DNA of 62,261 nucleotides, counting the filler, from Rhabdomonas costata (taxonomy: Eukaryota): NCBI GenBank assembly GCA_019059605.1. It is 34 parts of 34 records of this genome, joined end to end, with 100 filler letters (N's around TTAATTAATTAA, not from the genome) between each part and the next. Parts side by side here need not be neighbours in the genome. Positions count along the whole stretch, not along the records: positions 38,529 to 40,261 come from JAHMHO010009879.1; positions 40,362 to 42,095 come from JAHMHO010009880.1; positions 42,196 to 43,929 come from JAHMHO010009881.1; positions 44,030 to 45,762 come from JAHMHO010009882.1; positions 45,863 to 47,596 come from JAHMHO010009883.1; positions 47,697 to 49,430 come from JAHMHO010009884.1; positions 49,531 to 51,263 come from JAHMHO010009885.1; positions 51,364 to 53,097 come from JAHMHO010009886.1; 26 more parts are not named here. One strand, given 5' to 3'. Position numbers and translations under genes: made by a program. Shown here one piece after another: positions 39,326-53,197 of this stretch. Position 1 is the stretch's first letter. Every line of letters begins with the position of its first letter. The notes under the pieces were generated by a model. The model had not been told where the DNA came from. It ran no database searches and worked only from the letters and a program-made list of their open reading frames with translations.

Positions 39326-39585
39326 CTAGAACATCGCCCACGAACGGCTGCCACAGCAGCAGGTGCTCCCCCAGAAGGGCTATGGCAACCGAGTGCATCG
39401 AACCTCCTGCAAAAGATACCACAACAAGTTAAGGTTACGTTCCAGCCCAAGAGAACTTCCCACATATGAAAAAACACTAAACCCACCGACTCACTCAAAC
39501 GGACCCACTCACACAAGCGGCACACACCGTTGTGGAGAATGTTCAGCAGGGCGTTGGCAGCGACGCTCAGTGACTCCTCTTTCAC
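39326..39585 (-). CDS. Two internal exons (39585-39528, 39406-39326) of a helical protein, weakly WDR7/rabconnectin-3beta-like
   Basis: VKEESLSVAANALLNILHNG|GSMHSVAIALLGEHLLLWQPFVGDVL. The splice phase is consistent; the family call rests on a weak resemblance only. Confidence 0.4.
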
Positions 39586-42500
39586 CTATGTCCCCAGAAA
39601 AGGCACACTCAGTTTTTTTTTGGGCAAGGGATCCGGTTCATTTGGTGTCTGGCCAATTAAACGCAACCAACCAAAATCTACCCACTTCTCCTGCACATGC
39701 GCAGATCAAAAAAAAAAAAGAACGGCCGTTGGCAAAGCTGGAACGTTTAGAGAACAATGTGTCCTCCACCTCTGCAATCTGTTCAGCCGCACCCCCGGAG
39801 CCCTGTTTTTTGGAGTAGTAGGGGTTTTTGTTTGACTTGCTTTGACTCGTTTTGCGCACGAGCTCCGCTTCCCCTCCCCCTCAGCTGTCATATATGAAGC
39901 AGATGAAGAGTGCTTGAGTTACAGGCTGGCCGCAGCCCAGGCAGCGAAAGCAAGTTCGGGCACACGCAAGCCACCCTGGACTTCTCCTGCACGCACAGCA
40001 GGCACAGCGCGATGGCCAGCGTGGGGGAGCGGACTTGCTGAAGGAAAAAGACAGCAGAGCAATGCGTATGTGAGCGGGCTGGTAACAGCAGATCCTCATA
40101 TTCATAGATCTTTCCTTCAGGAAGCGTTGCAATGAAACGTCCTGGGTTCTTGTATTAACCACACGCTCATCTTTCGACCCTCTTTCGTCCGGCCATCCAG
40201 AAATACAGCATACAAGTTCCAGTACATGGCTTTCAAAATTCACGGAAGCCCCCACCCCCCCNNNNNNNNNNNNNNNNNNNNNNNNNNNNNNNNNNNNNNN
40301 NNNNNTTAATTAATTAANNNNNNNNNNNNNNNNNNNNNNNNNNNNNNNNNNNNNNNNNNNNTTTTTGTTTTCTCCATCCCAATAGTTAAACCAGGCATGG
40401 GTTGGTTGCATGGTTTTAGGTGGCGGTGCAGATGTCCCTTGGGATTCCAATGGCTTGGGCATATACGTTGGAACAGGGATTTGCATTTCAGTTCCCCAGC
40501 ACGAGAGGTACACCAACCCCCTTCAAGCCCGATTGAATTAAAGCAGCATTGTTTCCTTGGGCCGGCAAAACCTGGGCCAGTTTGGTTCTGAAATGGGCAA
40601 TGTAGAGGTAAGTAGGGTTGCTCACTTAACATTAGCTCTGGTGGTTGCTCAGCTGAACTGTACGTTTCCGCATTGTCTCCCTTTTCTTGGTGTGAGCGAA
40701 GCAAGCTGATCATGCATGCAGCGCATACTTTTCATATTTTTCGTGTCTTTTCGGTTTTCGCGCTGTCTCGGGGGGTGGGCGGGTGCTACTTTGGGCGCGC
40801 TCAGTTGTTAGCAGGGTGTGGAACTCTGATGTCAGCAACAGTTCCACCCAGTGGTGATTCATCCATAAGTTACTCAACAAATGTGGGTTGCCTTTTTTTT
40901 TTCGTTTCGATATCGGTGGGTAACGCGCGGATTTTGGAAGCTCTGGCCTTTTGGCAGAAGCGCAAGATGGCCAAGCATGCCTGGGTCTCTTCAGTATACA
41001 AAAGCCTCCCGAAAGGCTGCTGATCAGAACCAACGGGCTGGTGCCTGGTGGCTCATGGCTTCTTTGTGCCGCTTCTCCCCCGTCCTACAGCGGAGGGCTT
41101 AATTGACTGCACCCATCACATTCTGCAGAAAACCCACACACCAACCTACACCCCTGGACATTCTGTACACCCCAACTCTCACCATATGCAACGGGGTGAT
41201 TCCTTGCGTTTGGCCGCACTGGTGACTACGATGCACTGTGCAGCTTTTGTCGAGGTTGCGGTGCTTGTTTTAGGTCCTGCCTCACGCATTGTGCGTGTGT
41301 GCGTGCAGTTGATCTGGGGGTTCCCGCAGAATATTTTTTGATCTGGCCTTCTGGTTTTCACTTTGACTTTGTTCCTCTGCAACTTGTTGGTTTCTTCACG
41401 TATCGCTTTCTTGGCGGCGCGCTTTGCTTCCGTGTGCTCTTTGAACACCTGACTTTATTGCAGACGGTTGCAAAAAGAGTTTGACAGTGTCGATTTCAGT
41501 TTGTTAACCGCCTCTACAAGTTGAACGGCATTGTGCATTTTTCTCCGAAAAAAGACTTAGGAAGACGGAAATCGGTGCTGCAAGCGCACAAGGCAGTATC
41601 CACGCACGCACACACATATGTAAAAACAAACCAACTTCCAAAAGCTGCGACAGAGCCGCAGCCCCGTCCGGAGCATCGTGACTTGCCCGAAAGCTGGAGA
41701 TCGGGCTCGTGAAGAAAGGCGCCGGATACTGCAAGAAGTGAAGCCACACTTACCCCAGGCAGGGGTTCAACAATACGAGCGCAGCTCGGGCAATGCAATG
41801 CAAAGGTGTTTTGTCAACAACACGAAAGCCAAATGTCGTCAAATGCCCAACCGCTGACATACACCGGCACGAAGACAAAGGAAGGAAAGAAGGAAAGGAG
41901 GAAGGAAGGAGCAAACTGTCAATAGTGTTCTTTGCAAACGAGTGACATGAGAAACGGGGAAAGTTCATCTACAGAAGAGGAAAACGGGACAACACAGGTG
42001 GCTGACGCATGAAGAGGGTGTGATAGACCTGAGCCCGAAACCGACACTACCCCCGTCCACAAGGCACGTTCAAGAGAGGTCACATTCCTGTGGCGNNNNN
42101 NNNNNNNNNNNNNNNNNNNNNNNNNNNNNNNNNNNNNNNTTAATTAATTAANNNNNNNNNNNNNNNNNNNNNNNNNNNNNNNNNNNNNNNNNNNNTGGGG
42201 GGGTGTGTGAGTAATCTACAGCAAGGGATAGTTCAGGTTCTCTGGGTCCGAGACAAAGAGCTGGGGGTTCTGGTCGTAGCCCAGCTTGAGGATTCCCGCC
42301 GTGGTCAGCCGCACCAGGTCCGAAAGGGTGCTGCGAGGACGAGCTCGTAGCGCCTCTGCGGAAGTGCACACGATTTAAGAAGGATAGCAATGTGGCATGG
42401 CGCCAAACGGCGTGGGGCCGCACCCATCCCCCCCCAAAAAAAATCCATCAGCGGGATGGAAGAATCTGAAAAGATGGTCAACTGATTGGAGAGCTCCAGG

Positions 42501-45500
42501 TACATTGTGCATATATCTATGCACAAGAGACTTTCCGCCAAAATATAGTCTTTACCCATAGCACCTGGCCGGATGCAGCGAAGGACCAGCAGCGAAAATT
42601 CTTCCGTTCAAAACGGCACACCCTAAATTCTCGGTTTCGGGGGTTTGCAGTTTGTGTAGCGAAGCATTTCGAAATTCTCTCCCAGAAATACACGCAAACA
42701 TACGCACACCAATAAGCGCCCAGGAAAACGCCCCATAGGGGCGACGAGTAGCCGTCGGGCCAACGCACCCGTCGTGAGCGACCTGGCCCTCGCGGCACGC
42801 CCGCAACAGGCTGGCTGCGGCCCGCAGCCTCTGCCCACCACTGTGGCCATTCCCGGCTCCACCACCACCACCACCTCCTCCTCGTCCCTGGGATTTCTCA
42901 CAGGAGAGGCATTGTGAAAATACCCCCGGGGCTGCCCCGCTGCTCGGGCATGCCGACTGACCTGAGAAATTAGAGAGATGTGTGTTTTCCCCTGTTTTGC
43001 TGGAGCTGCTCGTTTGTTGCCGGGGTCTCTTTCACACAAAACGGCAGAGGCGCATGACGCACAACATTTTGGAGGAACGAAGACCGAGCTGCGCCAGATA
43101 GGCAGATTCACATACACCAAACAGCTTTTTGTTTGGCTTCGGGGCCCGGGGTTATGTGGAGAGGAAACAGACACTCCAAACGCCGTCGCGAATCGATGAC
43201 GGTGCTATGAAATATACATGTAGTTCCTCAGTCGTTGCAATTTTCACGTGCGGGCACTGACCTCACAGGGAAAGAAAAATAAACAAAAGATTTGAGAGAC
43301 CAGTTTCCTTTTCCTCCTCCGCTGGGATTTAAACCTCTCCAGAAAAGCCTAGAACGACAGCAAGGCTTCATCTGGGTACCAAATCTCCAGAGGGTCAAAC
43401 CGCAGGAATGCCACATTGAAGGAAAGACGGTTCGGCTCACAACGGCGCACAGAAAGGAGAGAAAGAAAGATACGAAATTCATCCGCTCGTCCGTTGAACA
43501 AGGGGTGCACAAGGTCGTGCCAGGCCCACGCTGGGGTGGGGCTGCGGGTGTGGCCGTGGCTGGGAAACACCCCGCGGGGCGGCAGGGCCGCTCGGGAGGT
43601 GAACTCGGGGTCGGCTTCCGGGGAGTTCTGCACGCGTTGCTCCCGAATCCGGGCCACAAACCTTGCTGAGCCTGGTGGAAAAGAAGTCGCGGGGTTGCAT
43701 TTGTATAAGGCGCAGCGCATTTCCTCGATCCCGTCTTTGCTGCGTGGAGAAGTTTTGTAGAAGCAAAAAAAGCACCAGCAATCATCACAGCGAGTCCCGT
43801 CCGAACTCAGCCAGACGCAATTACCCACATTTATGAACACACATTCATTTGACATCAATCAATCATCAGTCATCCATAATGCGGTCTCACCCAAAACAAC
43901 CAGCAATACCCAACAGTCCCCCCAACCATNNNNNNNNNNNNNNNNNNNNNNNNNNNNNNNNNNNNNNNNNNNNTTAATTAATTAANNNNNNNNNNNNNNN
44001 NNNNNNNNNNNNNNNNNNNNNNNNNNNNNGTGGTTGGTGCGCTTAATCACTGCGAGCTGGTACCGTGGTGTACGAATGCACAAACATCTCGACCGCAGAC
44101 ACACTGCTCAATTGCAGCAGCCAGTAGGCTGACATGAAACGCTCGCATGTATGATGGAGCGGGCAATACAATGTCGGCTGAAATCTGACTTTTTGGGAGC
44201 TTTTTGATGCGATGGATGCGATGTTATCGGAAGATCGGAAGGCAAATATTTGCTGAGTATTTGTTGAGTTGGCTCTCACTGAAGTTCAGGAAGAAACCAC
44301 TGAAACCACCAAAATAGCACTATGAACATGTTTCCGGCCTAATCACTGAGTGGTGTTGGACAGCGATAGTCGCAGTATAAGTCTCCTATGCCTCCCATAA
44401 TTACGGGAAAACAAAGACCGTGCGGATGGCAAAAAGTGGAAAAGATAGGAGTTGTTATTGTAGATCGGCTTCGTTTTTTTCTTCGGGTTCTGACTTTGAG
44501 GGAGCAGCAGCGAGCTTCAGGTCGTGCGTGAAGCAGAGTTATTCCACGGTGCTGTGGTCTCAGGCAAGAGGGCGTTTCTTCGACGTGCCCTATCGGAATT
44601 ATACCGGAGCAACCACAAAACAAGCAAGCACGCACTTGCATGAAGCATTCCGTGGAACACAGTTTGGCTGCAGACAAGTGACAAAAAGGAGAACGAATCT
44701 GAGATGTTTGGTAACAAAAAGCCTAGCAGTGAGAGGGGTCCAGCAAACAAAAAGAGCGCCACCGGCGAATCTCAAACGGCTTTTCGTTCAGTTCAGTTTC
44801 GGACAGTTCGAAGAAAGCTCCTTGGAAGGGGAAAGTCCAGTTTCAAGCCTAAAACAACTCTAGCCCTCAGGCTGCGAGGGCAACAAGTGGCACAAGAAAT
44901 ATTGAGGAAAAGAGCCGCCACCAGGGTGCAGGGAAGGAAGGGCTAAATTAAACAGTCAAAAACCGAGACGCTTCATTCATTTAACGTTATTGCGACAAAA
45001 ACAGCCCAGCTAATTTGTCCTTCCAGTTCAATCGTTCAGCATAAGCCAATCCAATCCCAAAAATGAAAGAAAAACACCAGCGTCTGGGCTCAACGGGTCG
45101 CACAAGGGCAGCAGCAAGACGACCAAGGGGCACAGCGAGTCTTGCTGCGCCTTGAGGCAAAGAAGCGTCCTTAAGAGTGCATAAACCTCCGAAAGGTCCT
45201 CAGAGACAGCGAAAAGACCACACAGGCGACGAATTGCTGACCTCGTGAGCCGAAAAGGTTGAGTAGGGCTGCAAGACAGTAGCTTGTAAAGAATCTGCAG
45301 GGAAAGAGAGGAATTCGATAACTGAGGCTTCTAGTATCCTCCAGGTGAGATCCAGCGTAAACGAAGATAATACAGTTCAAGATATTTGGCTTTGGAATTA
45401 GACCTTCCTTGCTTCCTTTTATGCACAGATGAACCACTCCTTGCTCCACTTCCTGCTCACCAGCTTGATTGCAACAGTTGCTCGGGGTTGTGCAAAGACG

Positions 45501-46081
45501 AGCTGATTACAACGGAAACCAATGCACGACGAAAGGAAGCACTCCTTCCTTTGGAACCATTGCCAATATCCGTTCTGCTTGAGCGAGTACACCATAAGGC
45601 TGTACATTTGGCCTAAAGTCTGGTTCGGGGAGGTCGGGGACTCCAGGCCTCTTTCCCTTCTTCCCTTAGAAGTGGTCTTTTCTCAGGAAGTTGTCCCCAA
45701 GAAGTTCAGCACACTGCCAGCACACCACCAGACTCTGAGCGGAGGTAATGAATGTTTCAAGCNNNNNNNNNNNNNNNNNNNNNNNNNNNNNNNNNNNNNN
45801 NNNNNNTTAATTAATTAANNNNNNNNNNNNNNNNNNNNNNNNNNNNNNNNNNNNNNNNNNNNAACGCAGGCATATCCACCGGAGCAAGCAAACGGGTCGT
45901 ATCAACCTTGGTGGTGTGTGGTGATAGGGTGGTGGTGACAGATACTTCCGATACTAGTGCTTTTTGTTTGGAGTTTCCAAGCTGGGGCTCCGATTTGAGA
46001 GGGGGCGTTAATGTGGTGACCATAGATCGTATAAGCAGTAAGTCAGTGCGTTTCCATTGTTGTCTCAAAGCGTAGAGGTAC

Positions 46082-46865
46082 CTGCTTCTCGGGGCACCAC
46101 GCGGGGCACCACGGCGTAGTTCCCATTGCACCGCACTAAAATGCACTGCTCCGTCGCGGGGACGGCATGGCTCAGCGGCCGCTCCGAGGTGGGAAACACA
46201 CATGGCCGCCACCCGGAGCTGGTGCAGTTCCCTGCAAACAGGGACAGGGACAGGACATCGAGGGGGAGGGTCAAACCAGTGGCATCATATGAATGAGAGA
46301 AACAGTGGGCTGCAGAATTGGCAGTGGGAATCCGACAAGGGAAAGAAGTTACTAAAAGAGCCTGACGTCACAGAGGATAGGAGAAAAAGACAGGAGGTCG
46401 CCCCCGCCTCCCCCGCGAAGAACAGTTCCTTGGGTTCGGGAGGCTCTGTCTCTCTTACCAGAGATTTTCATTGTGGTAATATTGGGTAATACACGGGGGG
46501 GGGGAGAGTTTACCATCACCGCACTCGCGTTACCTCGGCCCCATCTGGTCTAGCAAGCTGTGTCGCGCTATATCTTACCCGAGCCAATCAACTCGAATGA
46601 AAACCAGGCGATCACCTGTGGTAAAGGCTATGCGGCCATCAGGGCCCAGCCGCGGTCCACCCGCGGGCGGGCAGTCGAACGGGAGAGTCTCCCAGGTGGG
46701 GCGCAGAGTCTGACCCGGGCAGAACCCGGACAAATCCTCCGGAGCACGGAGCGCCGGCTCTGATAGCCGGCGAGTAATGGGCTGCTCGGGAGACCGGGGA
46801 GCCGAGAGAAGCACCCCGGCCACACCGACCAAGGCGGCGCACACCAGCACCAGAGGCCGCACTAT
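46082..46865 (-). CDS. Probable type II membrane or secreted protein, exons 46865-46616 and 46231-46082
   Basis: A hydrophobic stretch (IVRPLVLVCAALVGVAGVLLS) is followed by Cys-containing exons joined in frame by a GT-AG intron. Function unassigned. Confidence 0.5.
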
Positions 46866-49800
46866 CTGGCGAAAGCTGACCAAGACAACCAGTCGCGCAT
46901 TTGGCGCCACCGAGCTTGAAGCAGTGGCACCAAAAAATGAAACCAGACCGGCCTGCGGAAAAGGTGCGCACGGATTACCCATCTTCAAGATCATGTGGTA
47001 AGAGGTGGGCGTTTTAAATGAAACTCCATGTTTCCTTCTGGTGTTTTCCTCTTGATATTGAGCAATACTGTAACCGCACCAGTTCAATTACTCAAAGAAA
47101 GTTTCTTGAGACCCCGAAACTGAAAACTTACTATGCGGCATCTCGAAGAGGAGTCCTTTTGGCCTATACTTCTGCCGCTGGGTCTTCCCAGGCCTCCTGT
47201 AATGTGCCATGGGAAATCCTCTGTCTGGGTGCTGCACTATTTATTTTGAGGAGCAGTCTCACCGCAGACTCAGGAAGTTTGCCTCTTAAAGAAGTCTCTT
47301 AGGTGCGTAATTAAACCTACATCTACAAAAAGGGGTGACCCTGTTTTGTACAGTTCTTGTGTGTAGACAGGGGACAGAAACCAGCTGTTCATGACACACT
47401 TTGCTGCTGTTGTCATGCGCAGGTTTCTTGTGACTGACGACGTCCCCTTTGGCTCTCTTGTTTTCGCTTGCACGCGCGTTTGAGTGGAAACTCGAGAGTA
47501 ACCACCACTCTAAAAAAATCTTTCCTATCTATCCTTCCATACCCTAATATCTTTTTATGTCTCGTGTCCCACACCCGGGGCCAACCACACACCCCCNNNN
47601 NNNNNNNNNNNNNNNNNNNNNNNNNNNNNNNNNNNNNNNNTTAATTAATTAANNNNNNNNNNNNNNNNNNNNNNNNNNNNNNNNNNNNNNNNNNNNTTTT
47701 TGTGGGCTCGCGACGCAGCCCTACCGCCGCGAGCCCGTAAAGACCGAGCTGGAGAAAGGGAAGGTCTCCGTGTGTCGTGCGTGAGGGTGGACTAGGAAGG
47801 GGCAGGGGGCACAGGTGGGTGCACAGGTGCCTGTTTTGCGCAAGTGTGGCGGTAGTGAATTGCTGGTGAAAGAAGATGCGTTGGAGGAAAAGCATGAGAG
47901 ACTCTTCGATCTTGCCCGGGTTATGCTTTGTTGAGCCCACTGAAGAATTTCCACGGAAGGAACGGCAGCATAGGTCGGGTGAAAGGAGAAAGCAGTCTAG
48001 CGAGGCCAAGCACGGGGCACCACGGGGAACGGGAACCACTTTTCAAAGGCGCACCGGAGGTTGCAGCTGACAGGGGCACCCACGCCGATGATGTGGCCTG
48101 GGACGTGGCCTGTGTTGTTTCCAGAGATGAGTTGGGAACTAGCACAGAACACGTGGGCAAGCGCTAGACGGTAAACGCAAAAGTACAAGCCAGTCATACA
48201 CCGAAATACGCAAGAAACTGATTGACGCAGTAGTATGAGGGCAAAGCCGAAGCAGGCCAGGGGTCTTTCTATGTACAGTGGGCCTCCCGAAGACTGCGTG
48301 GCTGGTCCTTGCACCCTCAGGCCACTACCCACCCGTGCGCCTTTGGGACTCTTAATTTTTCTTCATTCTTGTGCTTCCCCAGCGCAGCGGTGGCTTTATC
48401 GACGGCAGCCACTACAAACAGGTATGCAAAAAGACCCACTTGCTTCCATCCCCGTGAAAGGGGGCCTAGGCAAATGGCTCTCGGCCGCCGAAATCCACCG
48501 AAATCCTTGGATCAGTGTGATGGATGGGTTGTGTTGTGTGCTATGAGGACTGGCCGTTTCTGATAGGAATGCCCCTACCCTTGTTCGGTCTCCGCTGATC
48601 ATTGGTCGTTGACTTGCTAAGAACTTGAAGCTTTCATGATGGACCCCGACAACATGGGGAAGAAGCATCTTCTTGCAGTGCAGATCCCCTGAACGCGGTG
48701 ACAATGAATCGTACACAAGCTGCTTCTACGCGCCTCTGCATTTAGCATTTATTAGGGCAATGGGTTTCATTGGCTGTGTTTGACAGTGCTTTGTAAATTT
48801 TTTTGTTTTTGTTTGTTTGGTTGGTTGTTAGTTTTAGTCTCCTTCGATATTCGCCAGTTTTATTACTCAAAGTGCCTTCTGCTTTCCAGGTGCCAATCCT
48901 GTTAGCTGATGTGCCACTGATGCTACTGCTACCGTGCTGAACGGTGGTGAGTCCCGTTGCCACAGTGCCGCCGTTTTTGCTGTTCACAAATTTTCTGACG
49001 AACCATCAACGACCGCAGATGGCCCGCATTTCCTCCATCACTTCAAATGCAGAACCTGCGAGGAAGAGGCCGTGGCAGCAGCGGCAGGTCCCGAAGACGG
49101 CGCAACCACGCCCTCTGAGTGCTTCAGAGGGCGCCGCTTTTTCGGTGGGAAGGGAGGGGTCCCTTCCGGCTGGGAGGTGGCCGAGGGAACGGTGCTTGAA
49201 CCCAAGGCCCTTTTTGCAACGCGCGAAAAAAATCCCGAGAAAAACACTGGCATATGGAAACCAAATAACTGTTGCTGCCAAATCCGCAAAACACAAACCG
49301 CTTTGGAATATGCTACTTACCAATTCCGGAAAACTGCAAAGAGGTTCAGATGACAGAGAGAAAAGAGTTCGAAAAAGCTACCCGAGCTCCTTGGGGCCTG
49401 AGGCAACTGCACCTGAAAGAACACAACAACNNNNNNNNNNNNNNNNNNNNNNNNNNNNNNNNNNNNNNNNNNNNTTAATTAATTAANNNNNNNNNNNNNN
49501 NNNNNNNNNNNNNNNNNNNNNNNNNNNNNNTTTTTGGTTTGCTCTAAAAAAAAGTGGGGTTGTTGAGAGTTCCATCAAGGGACAAAAATTCTATTCAGCC
49601 GTGTTGTGCGTGAGAGACAAGGAAGCCCTGGGTTTGTGATGAACAGCAAATGCATTTTTACCTCAAGACAGGATCTGCAGGAATTTCCCCCCCCCCCTTG
49701 AAAACGAGCCATGGAAGAGAGAGTCAAGCAATCAGGCAAAATGTTCCTTCCAAAGCGCGGAAAATACAACCTGGAGAATTTGAAGATGATTGCTGGGCAT

Positions 49801-50866
49801 TTGCACTTCTTGCACCACAACATCGCAATCCAACATCATGGGATCAAAATGAGGTTCAGGTTTATGTGCCACCAAATCATCCACCACACGATGGAATAAT
49901 ACCCGACCCTTCGACACCCTTCCAATTGGCGCTCGGAGTGCTGCGGGGATACCCAGTTCGGGAACTCTCTGGACAAAGCTCTGAGTGATCATCTTGTTCA
50001 GGGTGAGCAGGAAAACCTTTTGTCCTTTTGCAAGGCGGAACAGACGAGGAGGGGCAGGGGGGCAGGGAGGATTATCACTCGAAGCGCGGGTGGAGAGATC
50101 GAACAGGAATTCCAGCCGCCTCAATGCACAAGAGCACAGCTCAAGCTCAGAAGGTATGGAGCACAAAGCCAAAGCTCCACAGCAGCTTCAAACAGCTCCA
50201 CAGGGACAGATTTCTGGCGCAAGACACCATCCAAACATCCGACCGACCACTGTGTATATGGGGGCAACCTATTTGGGAAGGTAATACTCGGAAGATGATT
50301 CAGTCGGTCCTTCAACGGGGTGCACGGTGTGATCTCACGCAACATGGCAACGTGCACCCATAGAAAAACAGCTCTCAAGGAGGTTCATAAGCCCAACCTG
50401 CAAAAAGAAACTGAGTTAGTTGAAAGTATTTCGCTGGGTTTCGCCCCTCCATTTCGAATAGGACACTGTTAATTAAGCCACACCCACCCGCACACCCACG
50501 CGAGGAAAGCGCAGGGTGAGAGCCTCCACGATCTCTCCTTTTAAAAGCCGTCCTTTCTCCAAAAGCTCCATGGCGATTAGTCCGCCCTGAAACACAAACG
50601 CGCACGCCCACGAGGACCAGCGCTTCTGACCCGCCCTCGTTCAGTGTTGTGTATGGTGAGTCGTCTTTGATTCTGGGGGGGCATCACTTCCAGTTCGCAT
50701 CAACGGCAGAGATAATAAATAAAAACTATGCTGAACAGGCCAGGAAGACGAGAACGCACTCATCGAATGAGCCCCAACTGCCTAAAAATATATATCGAAA
50801 ACATAAACCCATCACCATCAAAACCATGTGAAACCATGTGAAAACCACGGGCACAGGCAAACAAAC

Positions 50867-50973
50867 GTTTTCGCCAAACTCGTCCTGAATCAGTCGGACG
50901 ACAGCAGCAAACCGAAGTCGCATGATACAGTTGTCCACATCGATATCGTACAGGTCGTTCGCGGGCTGCGCTC
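50867..50973 (-). CDS. RNA polymerase III subunit RPC3 (RPC62/C82)-like exon
   Basis: LYDIDVDNCIMRLRFAAVVRLIQDEFGEN resembles the conserved RPC3 segment (Y...DN...R.RF.......EFG). Strong pyrimidine tract with CAG acceptor and GTTTGT donor. Confidence 0.65.
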
Positions 50974-51850
50974 CTGTAGGTCGAAAAAAAATAAAGCTCT
51001 GCACGATACCACAATGCATCCATGGTTAGGGTCCACTCCGAAAATAGATGAATGAGAAACACTTCTTCACTTCTTCCCCTACACGAGTGGGTAATCGTTC
51101 ATGGGCGCGCTGAGAACGCAACATCGGAGCCCAAGGCATGGCCTTCGTAATTATGTGCTTGCTTCTCCCTCTAACGACCAAGCGACATTGTCAGGTATTC
51201 TTTAATTATTTAATCCACCTATAAAAAACACTCAGCAAAAGATTCTACATTGCCAAAAACAACNNNNNNNNNNNNNNNNNNNNNNNNNNNNNNNNNNNNN
51301 NNNNNNNTTAATTAATTAANNNNNNNNNNNNNNNNNNNNNNNNNNNNNNNNNNNNNNNNNNNNTTTTTGTGTTGATTTGGAACACCCCGTCCCCTCAGGA
51401 GGCAGGAAAGAAGTTATGACCGATGATGATGCGTCTTTGTGGCTTCCAGGAAATTGTTGGCTAGGTCGCCCACCCCTCCTCCCACCAAGTCGCAATATCG
51501 CTGAAAAAAGTAAAGGAGATGCTGTCACCCATCCATCGCCTATGCCTTGGTGCGTAGTCAGATATGTCCTTCCTGGACCCCGTAGTCATGGCTTTCTGAT
51601 TTTTGTGCAGGCTTTTTCGTGGTCTGTTTTTGATCAGTTTGGTCTGTTTTTGGATCTTTATTTAAAAAAAGCGCATTGAGAGAAATGATTTCGTTTGGTC
51701 TCGTGTTTCCTGTGGTGGCCTGCGCTTTTGTCCTTTTCGGTATCGTGTTGGGTTGTTCGGTGCTCTGGCGAATCCGAAGGAGGCGGCTGCGAGGTTTGGA
51801 TGGATGGGATACCTTCCACACCTCTTTTCGGGTTTACCCTCTGGTTACAG

Positions 51851-52656
51851 GTGAAGGTGCTGGACCACAACCAATACGGCAATTCCATTTGAAGGGCGCA
51901 ACCGGTTTTTGGCAGCCCTTCGATGTGGAAATGACCTCTGGTAAAAAGGTCCCATTGGGATCGCTCTTCTTTTGATCGTCATGAAATGGGAAAAGAAAAA
52001 TGAAAAAACCTGTCTCTCTCTTGTGCATTTATCTGGGTGTGCACAGCCGAAGTCGTCCGAGGTGCGACAGAGACTCTAGCCCCAGTGTACCATGCCTGTC
52101 CCACCCCAACTCCTCCGCCTGGTGGGCCCTGGCAGAAGCCCTCTGGCCCTGGCCCCTGGATGCCTCGCTCATGCACAGCTCGTTGGGCCCACCACTATTC
52201 CTTTTCGTTTCTGCCTGTTTTGTTTCTGCCCACAGATGCGCAATTTTGAACAATCTCTCTCTCTGCTTCGCGACGATCTGTCACCTGTGATTTTTCACGC
52301 GCCCTTTGAGCTTTTTTTTTAGCTTGTTCACCTAAATTCTCGCTGTCATTGGTGTGCCCCTTCCCCCAAGCCGCACTCATTTCTGATGAAAGTGTCTCTT
52401 TCTTGGTGTTTCTCACTCTGTTCACGTTCGGCCTGACCTCTCAAAGACTTTTCCTACTTTTTGGAAATTCTGGGCTGACCTTCTCTCTGACTCTTCTGCT
52501 TTTTTCTGGGGGGGGGGGTGTCCAGGACCCCGACATCGGGGACAAGCACGCCGACCAGCGCGAGCTGCGACGGATCTCGCGGGGGCAGAAGTTTTTCTCC
52601 TACTACCGCCTGCAGCACCTGTACTCTGGGCTGCTGTACCCCTTCCTGGCCATCAA
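51851..52656 (+). CDS. Exons of an unassigned protein (51851-51940, 52047-52181, 52526-52656), possibly PC-esterase/SGNH-associated
   Basis: Open segments bounded by AG/GT. WMPRSC resembles the WxPxxC motif. The phase between the last two exons is unresolved. Confidence 0.4.
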
Positions 52657-53197
52657 GTGCGTCGGGCGCGCGCGTGCGGCATGTTTGATGCGGGTGCTGA
52701 ATGTTCCATTCGACTTGTGACTGGCTGCAATACAACAGCCCCCCTCCACGACCACTTTTGTGCGCAGTGCGTAGTGCGCGTGCGATGCAACTCACCTATT
52801 GCGTAGCGATCGCTGCGAGTGAGAGAGCGATGCATGTATCTCCTGGGATTCCAGTCAAAGTTGCTTACACCAGTTAACATCCCTCCCCACACACACATAC
52901 GTGGAATTATCTCTCCAACGGCTCCTCTCGCGAGCACCCGTGGCCAACAGCGGGTGCGCCCGTCAGTCCACAGTGGTCACCACCAACCAGTCAACCAGTC
53001 CACCAGGCAACAGCCAGCGCGCAATGTGCCCAACACCCACGTGGAATATTCCGTGCTGCAAATAGGCGGGATGATTGAATTGCGAAAAGCCTCATCTNNN
53101 NNNNNNNNNNNNNNNNNNNNNNNNNNNNNNNNNNNNNNNNNTTAATTAATTAANNNNNNNNNNNNNNNNNNNNNNNNNNNNNNNNNNNNNNNNNNNN

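Noticed and set aside
49620..50370. Purine-rich stretch as a DIRS-like RT/RNase H remnant
   Set aside because: No recognisable catalytic motif in any frame; it would need an HMM search.
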